This document shows, piece after piece, positions 20,644-29,127 of a stretch of DNA of 46,929 bases. The notes under the pieces were generated by a model that searched no databases, was not told where the DNA came from, and saw only the letters and a list, made by a program, of their open reading frames with translations. A program made the translations under genes and the position numbers. The stretch is from Mycobacteriales bacterium (GTDB lineage: Bacteria > Actinomycetota > Actinomycetes > Mycobacteriales > DASULA01): the NCBI GenBank assembly GCA_036566245.1, contig DATCWR010000108.1, positions 1-46,929 on the forward strand, read 5' to 3'. Each line of letters starts with the position of its first letter. Positions within the stretch are counted from its first letter, which is position 1.

Positions 20644-22017
20644 ATGTTCAAGACGGTGCTGGTGGCCAACCGTGGCGAGATCGCGCTACGGGTGATCCGA
20701 ACCTGCCAGGAACTGGGGATCCGCACCGTGGCGGTGTACTCGACGCCCGACCGGAGTTCCTCGGCGGTTCGGGCCGCCGACGAGGCCTTCCACATAGGAC
20801 CGGCTGAGTCTCGACGCAGCTATCTCAATCCGGCTGCGATCATTGAGGTCGCGCTGCGGTCGGGTGCCGAGGCGATCCACCCCGGTTACGGTTTCCTGTC
20901 CGAGGACCCGGACTTCGGAGAGATCTGCCGATCGCACGACATCGCCTTCGTCGGCCCGCCGCCGGAGCTGACCGCCAGACTGGGCGACAAGGCGGTGTGT
21001 CGCGCCCTGATGGCCGAGGCCGGACTGCCGTTGTTGCCGGGCAGCACCGAACCGATCGGCACGGTTGCCGAGGCCGTCCGCATGGCCGACGACATCGGGT
21101 ATCCGGTGATCGTCAAGGCGACCGCCGGTGGGGGCGGCCGTGGGATGACCGTGGTGCGACATCGTGACGAGCTGTCCACCGAGTACACCCGCACCCGACG
21201 CACCGCCGAGGTGCTCTTCGGGGACAGCGCTGTCTACCTGGAACGGTTCCTGGACGACGCCCGGCACGTGGAGATCCAGGTGCTGTGCGACACCTCGGGA
21301 AACTTCGTCCACCTGGGCGAGCGGGACTGTTCGGTGCAGCGGCGGCACCAGAAGCTGCTGGAGGAGACACCCGCGCCGGGTCTGCCGGCCGACACGGTGG
21401 CACGGATGGGTGCCGCAGCGGTCGCCGGCGCCCGGGCGATCGGGTTCGTCGGTGCCGGCACGTTCGAGTTCCTGGTGGACGGTGACGGTGACTTCTACTT
21501 CATGGAGATCAACGGGCGCATCCAGGTCGAGCATCCGGTGACCGAGATGGTCACCGGGCTGGACCTGGTCGCCGAACAGCTTCGGGTGGCCAGCGGACTG
21601 CCGATCAGTACCGGATCCGACGAGGTGCCCCGGCGCGGCGCGGCCATCGAGTGTCGGATCAACGCCGAGGATCCGCGGCGGGACTTCGTCCCGACTCCCG
21701 GTGTGCTCACCGAGTTCCACCCGCCGGGTGGGCCGTTCACCCGGGTGGACAGCCATGCGTACACCGGCATGAGAGTCACCGCCGACTACGATTCGCTGCT
21801 GGCGAAGTTGGTGGTGTGGGGACGCGACCGTGACGAGGCGATCGCCCGGGCCGGCCGGGCGTTGGCCGAGTTCCGGATCTGTGGGCCGGGCGTCTGTACC
21901 ACCGCGGGATTCCTCCGCGACGTGTTGGGCTGGCGGAGTTTCCGGGCCGGCCGGTACAACACCACACTGGTTCGACAGATGCTCGACGGTTCTGGCGAGG
22001 GCCGACACGCGCGCTGA
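20644..22017 (+). CDS. accC: biotin carboxylase
   Basis: MFKTVLVANRGEIALRVIRTCQELGI, the ATP-grasp loop KATAGGGGRGM, and EINGRIQVEHPVTE. ATG 20644 has GGGGAGG upstream. The tracked ORF start at 20149 overlaps accB and is rejected. Confidence 0.95.
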   Translation: MFKTVLVANRGEIALRVIRTCQELGIRTVAVYSTPDRSSSAVRAADEAFHIGPAESRRSYLNPAAIIEVALRSGAEAIHPGYGFLSEDPDFGEICRSHDIAFVGPPPELTARLGDKAVCRALMAEAGLPLLPGSTEPIGTVAEAVRMADDIGYPVIVKATAGGGGRGMTVVRHRDELSTEYTRTRRTAEVLFGDSAVYLERFLDDARHVEIQVLCDTSGNFVHLGERDCSVQRRHQKLLEETPAPGLPADTVARMGAAAVAGARAIGFVGAGTFEFLVDGDGDFYFMEINGRIQVEHPVTEMVTGLDLVAEQLRVASGLPISTGSDEVPRRGAAIECRINAEDPRRDFVPTPGVLTEFHPPGGPFTRVDSHAYTGMRVTADYDSLLAKLVVWGRDRDEAIARAGRALAEFRICGPGVCTTAGFLRDVLGWRSFRAGRYNTTLVRQMLDGSGEGRHAR

Positions 22018-22065
22018 CCGTTCCGGTGCCCGCCGCACCCTGGTGTGGTGGCGTGCCGACCAGAC

Positions 22066-22107
22066 TTCGGTGCCCGGGGCCGAAACGTGCCGGCCCCGGG
22101 CACCGAA
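22066..22107. terminator. 17-bp perfect stem-loop between convergent accC and the dioxygenase gene
   Basis: TTCGGTGCCCGGGGCCG (22066-22082) pairs with CGGCCCCGGGCACCGAA (22091-22107) around an 8-nt loop. Confidence 0.65.
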
Positions 22108-22136
22108 ACCCCGAGGCGATGCCGGGGTGGCGCTGG

Positions 22137-22928
22137 TCAGCCGACCTGGATGGACCGCTTCGCCATGCCGTGCCAGAACCCGTCGATCACGGTTCGTTGG
22201 GTGTCCAGATCAGCCTGGCCCGCACCCAGGGTGACGAAAAGTGGGGCGAAGTGTTCGGTCCGCGGGTGGGCCAGTGCCCCGGCCGGAGCCCGATGCTGGA
22301 AGTCCAGCAGGGCGTCCAGGTCCTGGTTGTCCAGGGCGTGGGCGCCCCAGTCGTCGAACTCGGCCGACCACGTCGGCGGTGCCGAGTCGGCAGCCGCCCG
22401 CAGCGCCCGCAGGTTGTGCGTGAAGAAACCGCTGCCCACGATCAGCACGCCCTCGTCGCGTAGCGGGGCCAACCGGCCGCCGACCCGCAGCAGTTCGGTC
22501 GGGTCGAGCGTGGGCAGGGACAACTGCAACACCGGCACGTCAGCGTCCGGATACATCTCGGCCAGCGGGACGTAGGCACCGTGGTCGAGCCCACGGTCGG
22601 GCGCCTGGTGCACCGGTGAACCCGGTTCGCCGAGCAGGGTGCTCACCCTCTCGGCCAGCCAGGGCGCGCCCGGCGCGGGGTAGGTCACCTGGTAGTACTT
22701 CTGGGGGAATCCCCAGAAGTCATACACCAGCGGCACCGTTCGGGTGGCCGCCACAGCCACCGGTGCCTCCTCCCAGTGCGCGGACACCATCAGTACCGCG
22801 CGCGGGCGGGGCAGCCCGGCCGACCAGTCGGCGAGCTGGCGGGTCCACAGCCGGTCGTCAGCCAACGTCGGTGCGCCGTGGCTCAGGTAGAGCACCGGCA
22901 TCCGGTTGGCGGTGGTCGGGTCGGTCAT
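22137..22928 (-). CDS. class III extradiol ring-cleavage dioxygenase (LigB/YgiD, 4,5-DOPA-dioxygenase-like)
   Basis: Starts MTDPTTANRMPVLYLSHGAP (ATG 22928). Motifs SAHWE, LDHGAYVPL and GSGFFTHNL. The tracked ORF extension to 24002 is antisense filler. Confidence 0.8.
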   Translation of the reverse strand: MTDPTTANRMPVLYLSHGAPTLADDRLWTRQLADWSAGLPRPRAVLMVSAHWEEAPVAVAATRTVPLVYDFWGFPQKYYQVTYPAPGAPWLAERVSTLLGEPGSPVHQAPDRGLDHGAYVPLAEMYPDADVPVLQLSLPTLDPTELLRVGGRLAPLRDEGVLIVGSGFFTHNLRALRAAADSAPPTWSAEFDDWGAHALDNQDLDALLDFQHRAPAGALAHPRTEHFAPLFVTLGAGQADLDTQRTVIDGFWHGMAKRSIQVG

Positions 22929-23054
22929 GAGTACCCTCCCGTGGGTTGATCTGACAACCCGTTGAACAATCAACGAAGCCTGGGCATGCCCGGCCGGATC
23001 CGGGCGGAAAAAGCGGAACACTCCGGCTGCTCCGGCTGGGTTAGGGTCGCGGGC

Positions 23055-26000
23055 GTGAGTGACAACGGTGCCTACCTGAGGTTCCCGACCGTCCGTGGTG
23101 AGATGGTCGCGTTCGTTGCCGAGGACGACGTGTGGCTGGCCACACGGTCCGGGGGGCGGGCGTGGCGGCTGACCGCCGATCGTGCCCCGGTGGCCGGCAC
23201 CCGGCTGTCCCCCGACGGGTCGATGGTGGCGTTCACCAGCAGACGTGAGGGCGATCCGGAGGTGTACGTCGTCGGGATCGACGGCGGTCCGATCCGCCGG
23301 CTCACACACTGGGGAGACGACCACACCCGGGTCATCGGCTGGACTCCCGACGGTCGGGTGATGGCCATCTCGGCGGTCGGTGAGCCGTTCCGCAGCCGCA
23401 CCTGGGCCTACGCTGTCCCACCCGACGGTGGGGTGCCTGACCGGATGCCATACGGGCCGGTGACCGGCATCGCGCCCGGCCCCGGCGGGGCGACCGTGCT
23501 GGGCGTCAACCAGAATCGGCGCAGTGCGGCGTCCTGGAAGCGGTACCGGGGCGGCACCGCGGGCGCGCTGTGGATCGACCGGGATGGGTCCGGGGAGTTT
23601 GTCCGGTTCCTGGCTGAGTTGGATGGGCAGCTCGAGGACCCGGGTTGGATCGGCGACCGGGTGGTGCTGCTGTCCGACCACGAGGGCTGGGGGAACGTCT
23701 ACTCCTGCCGGCCCGACGGCACGGACCTGCGCCGGCACACCGACCACGGTGACGCCTACGCCCGGGCCGCCAACACCGACGGCAGCACACTGGTCTACCA
23801 GTGCCTGGGCGAACTGTGGTCGCTCGACGACCTGTCCGCCGACTCGCAACCACGTCGGCTGAACATCCGGCTGGCCGGCCCGCGCACCGCCAGGGAACCG
23901 CAGCCGATCGACGCCGGCGACCAGATCGAGGACGTCACCCCGGACCACACCGGACGGGCCAGCGCGGTCGAGGTACGTGGCACCGTGCACTGGTTGACCC
24001 ACCGGGACGGCCCGGTGCGGGCACTGGCCGACACCCCGGGCGTGCGGGCGCGCCTACCCCGGGTGTTGGGCAACGCGCAACCCACCCGGGTCGCCTGGAT
24101 CACCGACGCCGACGGCGAGGACGCCATCGAGATCGGTACCGTGCCGGCCGGTGCCGGCGGGACGGAGGTGGCCGAGGTCGCGCCACGCCGGCTGGCCGGC
24201 GGCCAACTCGGACGGGTGCTGGAACTCGTCGCCTCACCCGACGGCACCAGACTGGCCGTGGCCACCCACGACGGGCGGGTGCTGGTGGTCGACGTGGGCA
24301 CCGGTGGTGTTCGTACCGTCGACACCTCGCCATTCGGCGACTCGACCGGCCTGACCTTCTCCCCGGACTCACGCTGGCTCGCCTGGGCCAGGCCCGGACC
24401 GATCCCGCTACGTCAGATCCGGATGGCCCGGGTCGACCTGGCCGACGACGAGCCGTTCTCGGTGATCGACGTGACCGCCCTGCGGTTCGTCGACAGCGAA
24501 CCGGTGTTCACCCTGGACGGCAGACACCTGGCCTTCCTGTCCGCCCGCACCTTCGACCCGGTGTATGACCAGCAGGTGTTCGACCTGTCCTTCCAGGCCA
24601 CCGTGCGCCCACAGCTTCTGCCGCTGGCCGCCACCACGCCCTCGCCGTTCGACCCGGAGCCGGGCGGCCGGCCGGTGACCTCCCCGGACTCGTCGGGCGA
24701 CGGCGCGAAGGGGGACCAGGAGCAGGCCGGCGGGGTGCCGGAGGTCGTCGTCGACGTGGAGGGTCTGGACCAGCGCGCGGTGCCGGTGCCGGTCCCGGCC
24801 GGCCGGTACTTCGACCTGCGCGCGGTGCGGGACGGGCTGGTGTGGCTGCGCGCGCCGATGGTCGGCATGCTCGGTGATGCCGGCGGGCCGGACCCGAGCG
24901 ACCGGCCGCGGGCCCGGCTGGAACGCTACGACCTGGCCCGGCGCCGGCTGCTCACCCTGGTCGATCCGGCCGATGCGGTGGAGGTCACCGGGGACGGCCG
25001 TTCGCTGGTGGTCACCGACGGACGGCGGCTCCGGATGGTGCCCGCCGACCGCGCCGTCGACGGGTCCGACGATGATGAGTCCACCGTGGACATAGACGTG
25101 GACCGGGTGCGGGTCCGGATCGACCCGGCGGCCGAGTGGCGGCAGATGTTCGACGAGGCCGGTCGGCTGATGCGTGACCACTACTGGATCGCCGACATGG
25201 CCGGAGTGGACTGGGCCGGCGTGCTGGCCCGGTACCGCCCGGTGCTGGACCGGATCGGTTCCCGCGACGACCTGTCCGAACTGTTCTGGGAGGTGCAGGG
25301 GGAACTCGGCACCTCGCACGCCTACGAGGTGCCGCCACCCTGGTCGGCCGAACGCGGTGATCGGGCCGGCCGACTCGGCCATCTGGGTGCGGACCTGGCC
25401 CGGGACCCCGACGGGAACTGGCGGATCACCCGGATCGTGCCGGGTGAACCGTCCGCGCCGGCGGCTCGGTCGCCGTTGTTGGCCCCGGGTGTGGCGGTGC
25501 GGGTCGGGGACGTGATCACGGCGGTGGACGGTCGGCCGGTGGATCCGGAACTGGGGCCCGCGCCGCTGTTGGCCGGTGCGGCCGGGGTTCCGGTGGAGTT
25601 GACCATCCGGCGTGACGCCGTCCCGTCGGACGGTGCCTCGTCGGACGCGGGCGGTGCCGGGGCAGAGGATGCCAATGGTGTGGCCGATGCCGCGTCAGGA
25701 GTCGCCGAACAACCCGGGGCAGCCCCGGATGACACCGAGCCGGAGGACACCGAGCCGGAGGGAGTCGCGTCGGAGGGGGTTGCGCCCGAGGGAGCGGGGG
25801 CAGCGGCGACCGGATCTGGGCCGTCGGAACGGTTGGTGGTGGTCGAACCGCTGCCCGACGAACGACCGTTGCGCTACCACGACTGGGTGGCCGGCCGGCG
25901 GGCCGCCGTGCACGCGGCCAGCGACGGCCGGATCGGATACCTCCACATTCCCGACATGATGGCCGAGGGTTGGGCGCAACTGCACCGCGACCTGCACCTG

Positions 26001-26564
26001 GAGGTGGCCCGCGACGCGTTGATCGTGGACGTGCGGGACAACGGTGGCGGGCACGTGTCCAGCTTGGTGCTGGAGAAGTTGCGTCGGACCGCACAGGGAT
26101 TCGGCATTGTGCGGCACGGCGGCCTGGAGACCTACCCGGACAATGCTCCGCGCGGTCCGCTGGTCGCCGTCGCGAACGAGCAGGCCGGTTCTGACGGGGA
26201 TATCGTCACTGCGATGTTCCGGCAACTGGGGCTCGGGCCGGTGGTCGGCACCCGCACCTGGGGCGGGGTCATCGGTATCGACGGGCGGTACCGGTTGGTG
26301 GACGGCACCTCGGTCACCCAGCCGAGGTACGCGTTCTGGTTCAAGGACGCCGGCTGGAACGTGGAGAACCACGGTGTCGACCCCGACGTCGAGGTGCACA
26401 TCGCACCGCAGGACTGGGTCGCCGGTGTTGACCGACAACTTGACGAGGCGGTCCGGTTGGCGCTCGACCTGCTGCGGACCCGTCCGGCCGGTGCCCCGCC
26501 CGATCCGGCCACCCGCCCGTCCCGCACCCCGCCACCCCTGCCACCCCGCCCGGGGCGGGGTTGA
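23055..26564 (+). CDS. tricorn-protease-like S41 peptidase (beta-propellers + PDZ + C-terminal peptidase)
   Basis: N-terminus VSDNGAYLRFPTVRGEMVAFVAEDDVWL and SPDGSMVAFTSRREG, with repeated propeller blades. C-terminal peptidase S41 region (GYLHIPDM, DVRDNGGGH, AGSDGD). GTG 23055 is the preferred start. The longest ORF begins at 22962. Confidence 0.85.
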   Translation: MSDNGAYLRFPTVRGEMVAFVAEDDVWLATRSGGRAWRLTADRAPVAGTRLSPDGSMVAFTSRREGDPEVYVVGIDGGPIRRLTHWGDDHTRVIGWTPDGRVMAISAVGEPFRSRTWAYAVPPDGGVPDRMPYGPVTGIAPGPGGATVLGVNQNRRSAASWKRYRGGTAGALWIDRDGSGEFVRFLAELDGQLEDPGWIGDRVVLLSDHEGWGNVYSCRPDGTDLRRHTDHGDAYARAANTDGSTLVYQCLGELWSLDDLSADSQPRRLNIRLAGPRTAREPQPIDAGDQIEDVTPDHTGRASAVEVRGTVHWLTHRDGPVRALADTPGVRARLPRVLGNAQPTRVAWITDADGEDAIEIGTVPAGAGGTEVAEVAPRRLAGGQLGRVLELVASPDGTRLAVATHDGRVLVVDVGTGGVRTVDTSPFGDSTGLTFSPDSRWLAWARPGPIPLRQIRMARVDLADDEPFSVIDVTALRFVDSEPVFTLDGRHLAFLSARTFDPVYDQQVFDLSFQATVRPQLLPLAATTPSPFDPEPGGRPVTSPDSSGDGAKGDQEQAGGVPEVVVDVEGLDQRAVPVPVPAGRYFDLRAVRDGLVWLRAPMVGMLGDAGGPDPSDRPRARLERYDLARRRLLTLVDPADAVEVTGDGRSLVVTDGRRLRMVPADRAVDGSDDDESTVDIDVDRVRVRIDPAAEWRQMFDEAGRLMRDHYWIADMAGVDWAGVLARYRPVLDRIGSRDDLSELFWEVQGELGTSHAYEVPPPWSAERGDRAGRLGHLGADLARDPDGNWRITRIVPGEPSAPAARSPLLAPGVAVRVGDVITAVDGRPVDPELGPAPLLAGAAGVPVELTIRRDAVPSDGASSDAGGAGAEDANGVADAASGVAEQPGAAPDDTEPEDTEPEGVASEGVAPEGAGAAATGSGPSERLVVVEPLPDERPLRYHDWVAGRRAAVHAASDGRIGYLHIPDMMAEGWAQLHRDLHLEVARDALIVDVRDNGGGHVSSLVLEKLRRTAQGFGIVRHGGLETYPDNAPRGPLVAVANEQAGSDGDIVTAMFRQLGLGPVVGTRTWGGVIGIDGRYRLVDGTSVTQPRYAFWFKDAGWNVENHGVDPDVEVHIAPQDWVAGVDRQLDEAVRLALDLLRTRPAGAPPDPATRPSRTPPPLPPRPGRG

Positions 26565-26606
26565 TCGTCGGTTGCCCGGGATGACCGGCACCCGAAGGCC
26601 GTCCTG

Positions 26607-27065
26607 TCAGTCGAAGATCTGGGACAGGGTGGCCTTCGAGCGCCAGCCCAGGTGTTCGGGGGTGGTGGGGCCCCGGCGGATGCGGATCTCGACCCGGTAG
26701 TGCACCCGCTGGAAGGATCCCGCCTCCACCAGCACGGGCACTTCCGCCGCGGCCGGTTCGCACACCTCGATCTGGTGTAGGCCGGGCCGCAGCGGATACC
26801 ACCACCCCGACCAGTTCGCCGGCACCTCCCGGCCGTCCACCCGCGCGGTCGGGGGCGGTATCCAGACGTCGTAGTTGGCTGTTCCCGCGACCACCCGGTC
26901 ACCGCGCATCACCTCGATGCTGCTGGTGAACGAGTACTGACAGGCGATCGCACCCCAGCCGCCCGGCAACTCCGGCGGTTCGGGGGGCGGGGTGTCTCCG
27001 CGTTTTCGGCCGCGCAACGGGGTGACGACGTTGTCGCCGAGGAACCGGGGTTTGGTGACGGTCAA
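26607..27065 (-). CDS. hypothetical protein, paralogous to the N-terminal domain of the upstream 216-aa protein
   Basis: TTG start overlaps the upstream stop (TTGA at 27062-27065). Shares PP-x-LP-x-G-x-GA and VDG...W...LxPGxHxxEV segments with ORF 27062-27712. No TM segment. Confidence 0.5.
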   Translation of the reverse strand: MTVTKPRFLGDNVVTPLRGRKRGDTPPPEPPELPGGWGAIACQYSFTSSIEVMRGDRVVAGTANYDVWIPPPTARVDGREVPANWSGWWYPLRPGLHQIEVCEPAAAEVPVLVEAGSFQRVHYRVEIRIRRGPTTPEHLGWRSKATLSQIFD

Positions 27066-27712
27066 CGAACACCCTTCCGTTCCGGTCGCGGTCCGGGTTT
27101 GCCGTGGTGCCGGTACACCGCGACCGACCCGACGCTGACGGCGGCCACCAGTGCGACGGTGAACAGGATCGCGGTGCCGTCAGCCGACAGACCAGCCTGC
27201 CCAGCGATCACCGCACCGGCCACACAGCTCAGGAGGGACACCAGAATCAACACGAAGTAGGCCATCGGGTTCGATGCCCGGCCCGGCGGACGTTGCGGTC
27301 CCAGGCCCAGTGCTCCCGGGGATACCCCGTCCAGCGCGGCGGCGTACTCGACCGGAACGAGTTGGCCTGGTGCGACGGTCACCTGGATGGTTCGCATCGA
27401 CCATTTGGACTGCACCTCGACCAGGTGTTCACCGGCCGGGAGCACGATAAACACCTCACCCCAGCATCGGCAGGCCGGCTTCCCGTCCACCCCCACCATG
27501 GGCTCGGGCGTGTAGCGTTCCGCTGGCGATGGGCACCAGGCATACAGCGCCACGGCGCCGTGTCCCTCCGGCAGTCGTGGTGGCCGGTCGGCCCGGTCGT
27601 TGGCCAACACCGGGTAGGGACTGTCCGGATGGGCCAGGGTGTTCAGCGTCACGGGTCCCTCACCGATCCTCGTCCAGGGCACGGTCGATCTGCTCACCTG
27701 ACGGCCGGTCAT
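27062..27712 (-). CDS. hypothetical membrane-anchored protein (soluble N-domain + 2 C-terminal TM helices)
   Basis: N-domain ...PPRLPEGHGAVALYAW...VGVDGKPACRCWGEVFIVLPAGEHLVEVQ. TM region AYFVLILVSLLSCVAGAVIAG ... ILFTVALVAAVSVGSVAVY. The start is uncertain: ATG 27712 overlaps the upstream gene by 53 nt, and GTG 27652 is the alternative. Confidence 0.5.
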   Translation of the reverse strand: MTGRQVSRSTVPWTRIGEGPVTLNTLAHPDSPYPVLANDRADRPPRLPEGHGAVALYAWCPSPAERYTPEPMVGVDGKPACRCWGEVFIVLPAGEHLVEVQSKWSMRTIQVTVAPGQLVPVEYAAALDGVSPGALGLGPQRPPGRASNPMAYFVLILVSLLSCVAGAVIAGQAGLSADGTAILFTVALVAAVSVGSVAVYRHHGKPGPRPERKGVR

Positions 27713-28763
27713 GTCCGCGGGAGCCCAGATAGGTGCTCAGGTCGTTGACGGCGTTGTTGGCCACCTGGACCCCGGGGGACAGCCAGGTGCGCCAGTCGGT
27801 GAACAGGTTGCGTACGGGCACGCCAGGCCCGTGCCAGTCCCGCTGAGCCAGCCCGTTTGTCCCCAGGCGACGGAAGGATTCCTCCGCCCTTGTCATACGG
27901 TCCAGGTGAATCCGTGTCAGCATCGCGCGGAGTCGCCCGAGCAGGGTGACCACCCGGTCCACGAACCGCACCGCCCGGGTGGTCGACTCGGCCACCTCGA
28001 CGGTGGTGGCCGCGCCGGCCGCGGCGGTGGAGGCCCCCGCGGTCGGGATCGCCACGGCCATCGCCGCGGACCAGGTGAACACCAACCACTCCACCAGGGT
28101 GGACAGCACGCCGATCACCAGGCCCTGGGCGATGGCCATCAGGGTCCTGGCGATGCTCATGATCACCGTGAGTTTCTGCACCTCGTCGGTCAGACCGGTG
28201 ACCCCGCCGGCGAACTCGTGCAGTCGTTGCTTTGCCGCGTCGGCGGTTCGACCCTGCCAGCCGAGGAGTCCCTGGTCGGCGGCCTGCTTGATCTCGTCGG
28301 CGAGCGGGGTCAGCGCGGCGGCAACCCGCCCCCATCTGGCGATCTCGGCGTCCATCCGTTCGGCGTTGCCGGTGACCAGACCGAGCAGGTCCTCCAACGG
28401 TTGCACCACGTCGACCAGGAAGGTCAGGCCGGAGCTGATCAGGAAGTTCAGCGGATCGGCGGCATAGGCCACGATGTTCGCGCCGAGGTCGGCGACGCCC
28501 CCTCCGATATCGGCGAGCTCTCTCCAGTCCGGGTCGTCGGAGGCCAGGTGTGCGCTTTTCTGGATCGCCGTGGTCAGGCCGCCCAGTCCGGGGATGTCCT
28601 GGGTCGGGTCGAACCGCAGGACGTCGTACCCGCCGACCGTGACCGCGCCCGACCCACCCGAGCCGTTCCAGTCACCCCGCACCCCGATCCCGGCGAACGA
28701 CCCCCCGCCGGAGGACAGGTCGTTGGTGACATCACTGTCCTTCGGATCACGTTCGTCGGCCAT
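27660..28763 (-). CDS. WxG-motif helical protein with central hydrophobic segment (EspA/EspE-like layout; T7SS substrate candidate)
   Basis: Gly-rich N-terminus, then a helix-turn-helix with LLGWQGRTADAAKQRL. This is followed immediately by LTVIMSIARTLMAIAQGLVIGVLSTLVEWLVFTWSAAMAVAIP. The C-terminal ~100 aa are unassigned. Confidence 0.6.
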   Translation of the reverse strand: MADERDPKDSDVTNDLSSGGGSFAGIGVRGDWNGSGGSGAVTVGGYDVLRFDPTQDIPGLGGLTTAIQKSAHLASDDPDWRELADIGGGVADLGANIVAYAADPLNFLISSGLTFLVDVVQPLEDLLGLVTGNAERMDAEIARWGRVAAALTPLADEIKQAADQGLLGWQGRTADAAKQRLHEFAGGVTGLTDEVQKLTVIMSIARTLMAIAQGLVIGVLSTLVEWLVFTWSAAMAVAIPTAGASTAAAGAATTVEVAESTTRAVRFVDRVVTLLGRLRAMLTRIHLDRMTRAEESFRRLGTNGLAQRDWHGPGVPVRNLFTDWRTWLSPGVQVANNAVNDLSTYLGSRGHDRPSGEQIDRALDEDR

Positions 28764-28806
28764 GCCACTCCAACAGCGCTTGAATCTTTTTCATTTTTGG
28801 CCGTGT

Positions 28807-29127
28807 TCAGTTGAGTAATTTGTTGATGGCCTCGATGGAACTGGTGAGTGCGTCGTTGGCGCCCTGGTAGTTCCGCGCGGTGCAGTCGAGGGCGTCGACC
28901 CGGTCAGCCAGCGCCTCACCCATCAGTTCCAGATGTCGGTACACGTCGTCGGCGGCCTGCCAGTAGACCGCCGCCATCGGCGCTCCCACCGCGCCCCAGA
29001 TGTACCACTCGGGGTTGGCATCCTGGGCGAGCGCGAGGATGCCGGCGGCGTGTTGGCGCAGTTCGGCCAGCCGGCTCACGCAGGAGGCAATCTCCTGGTG
29101 GTCGACGGAGAACCCGTGGTCGCTCAC
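28807..29127 (-). CDS. EspC-like / DUF2580-type small helical protein (T7SS-associated)
   Basis: 106 aa, all-helical. The C-terminal ARNYQGANDALTSSIEAI resembles the EspC C-terminus AKIYSEADEAWRKAI. GTG start overlaps the upstream stop (GTGA). Confidence 0.6.
   Translation of the reverse strand: MSDHGFSVDHQEIASCVSRLAELRQHAAGILALAQDANPEWYIWGAVGAPMAAVYWQAADDVYRHLELMGEALADRVDALDCTARNYQGANDALTSSIEAINKLLN

Noticed and set aside
20686-22038. 450-aa ORF antisense to accC
   Set aside because: accC is unambiguous on the + strand. The antisense frame has no motifs.
22929-24002. 358-codon N-terminal extension of the dioxygenase ORF (tracked as 22137..24002)
   Set aside because: The extension is antisense to the tricorn-like protease and is Arg/Pro/Gly-rich. 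The dioxygenase homology begins at MTDPTTANRMPVLYLSHGAP (ATG 22928).
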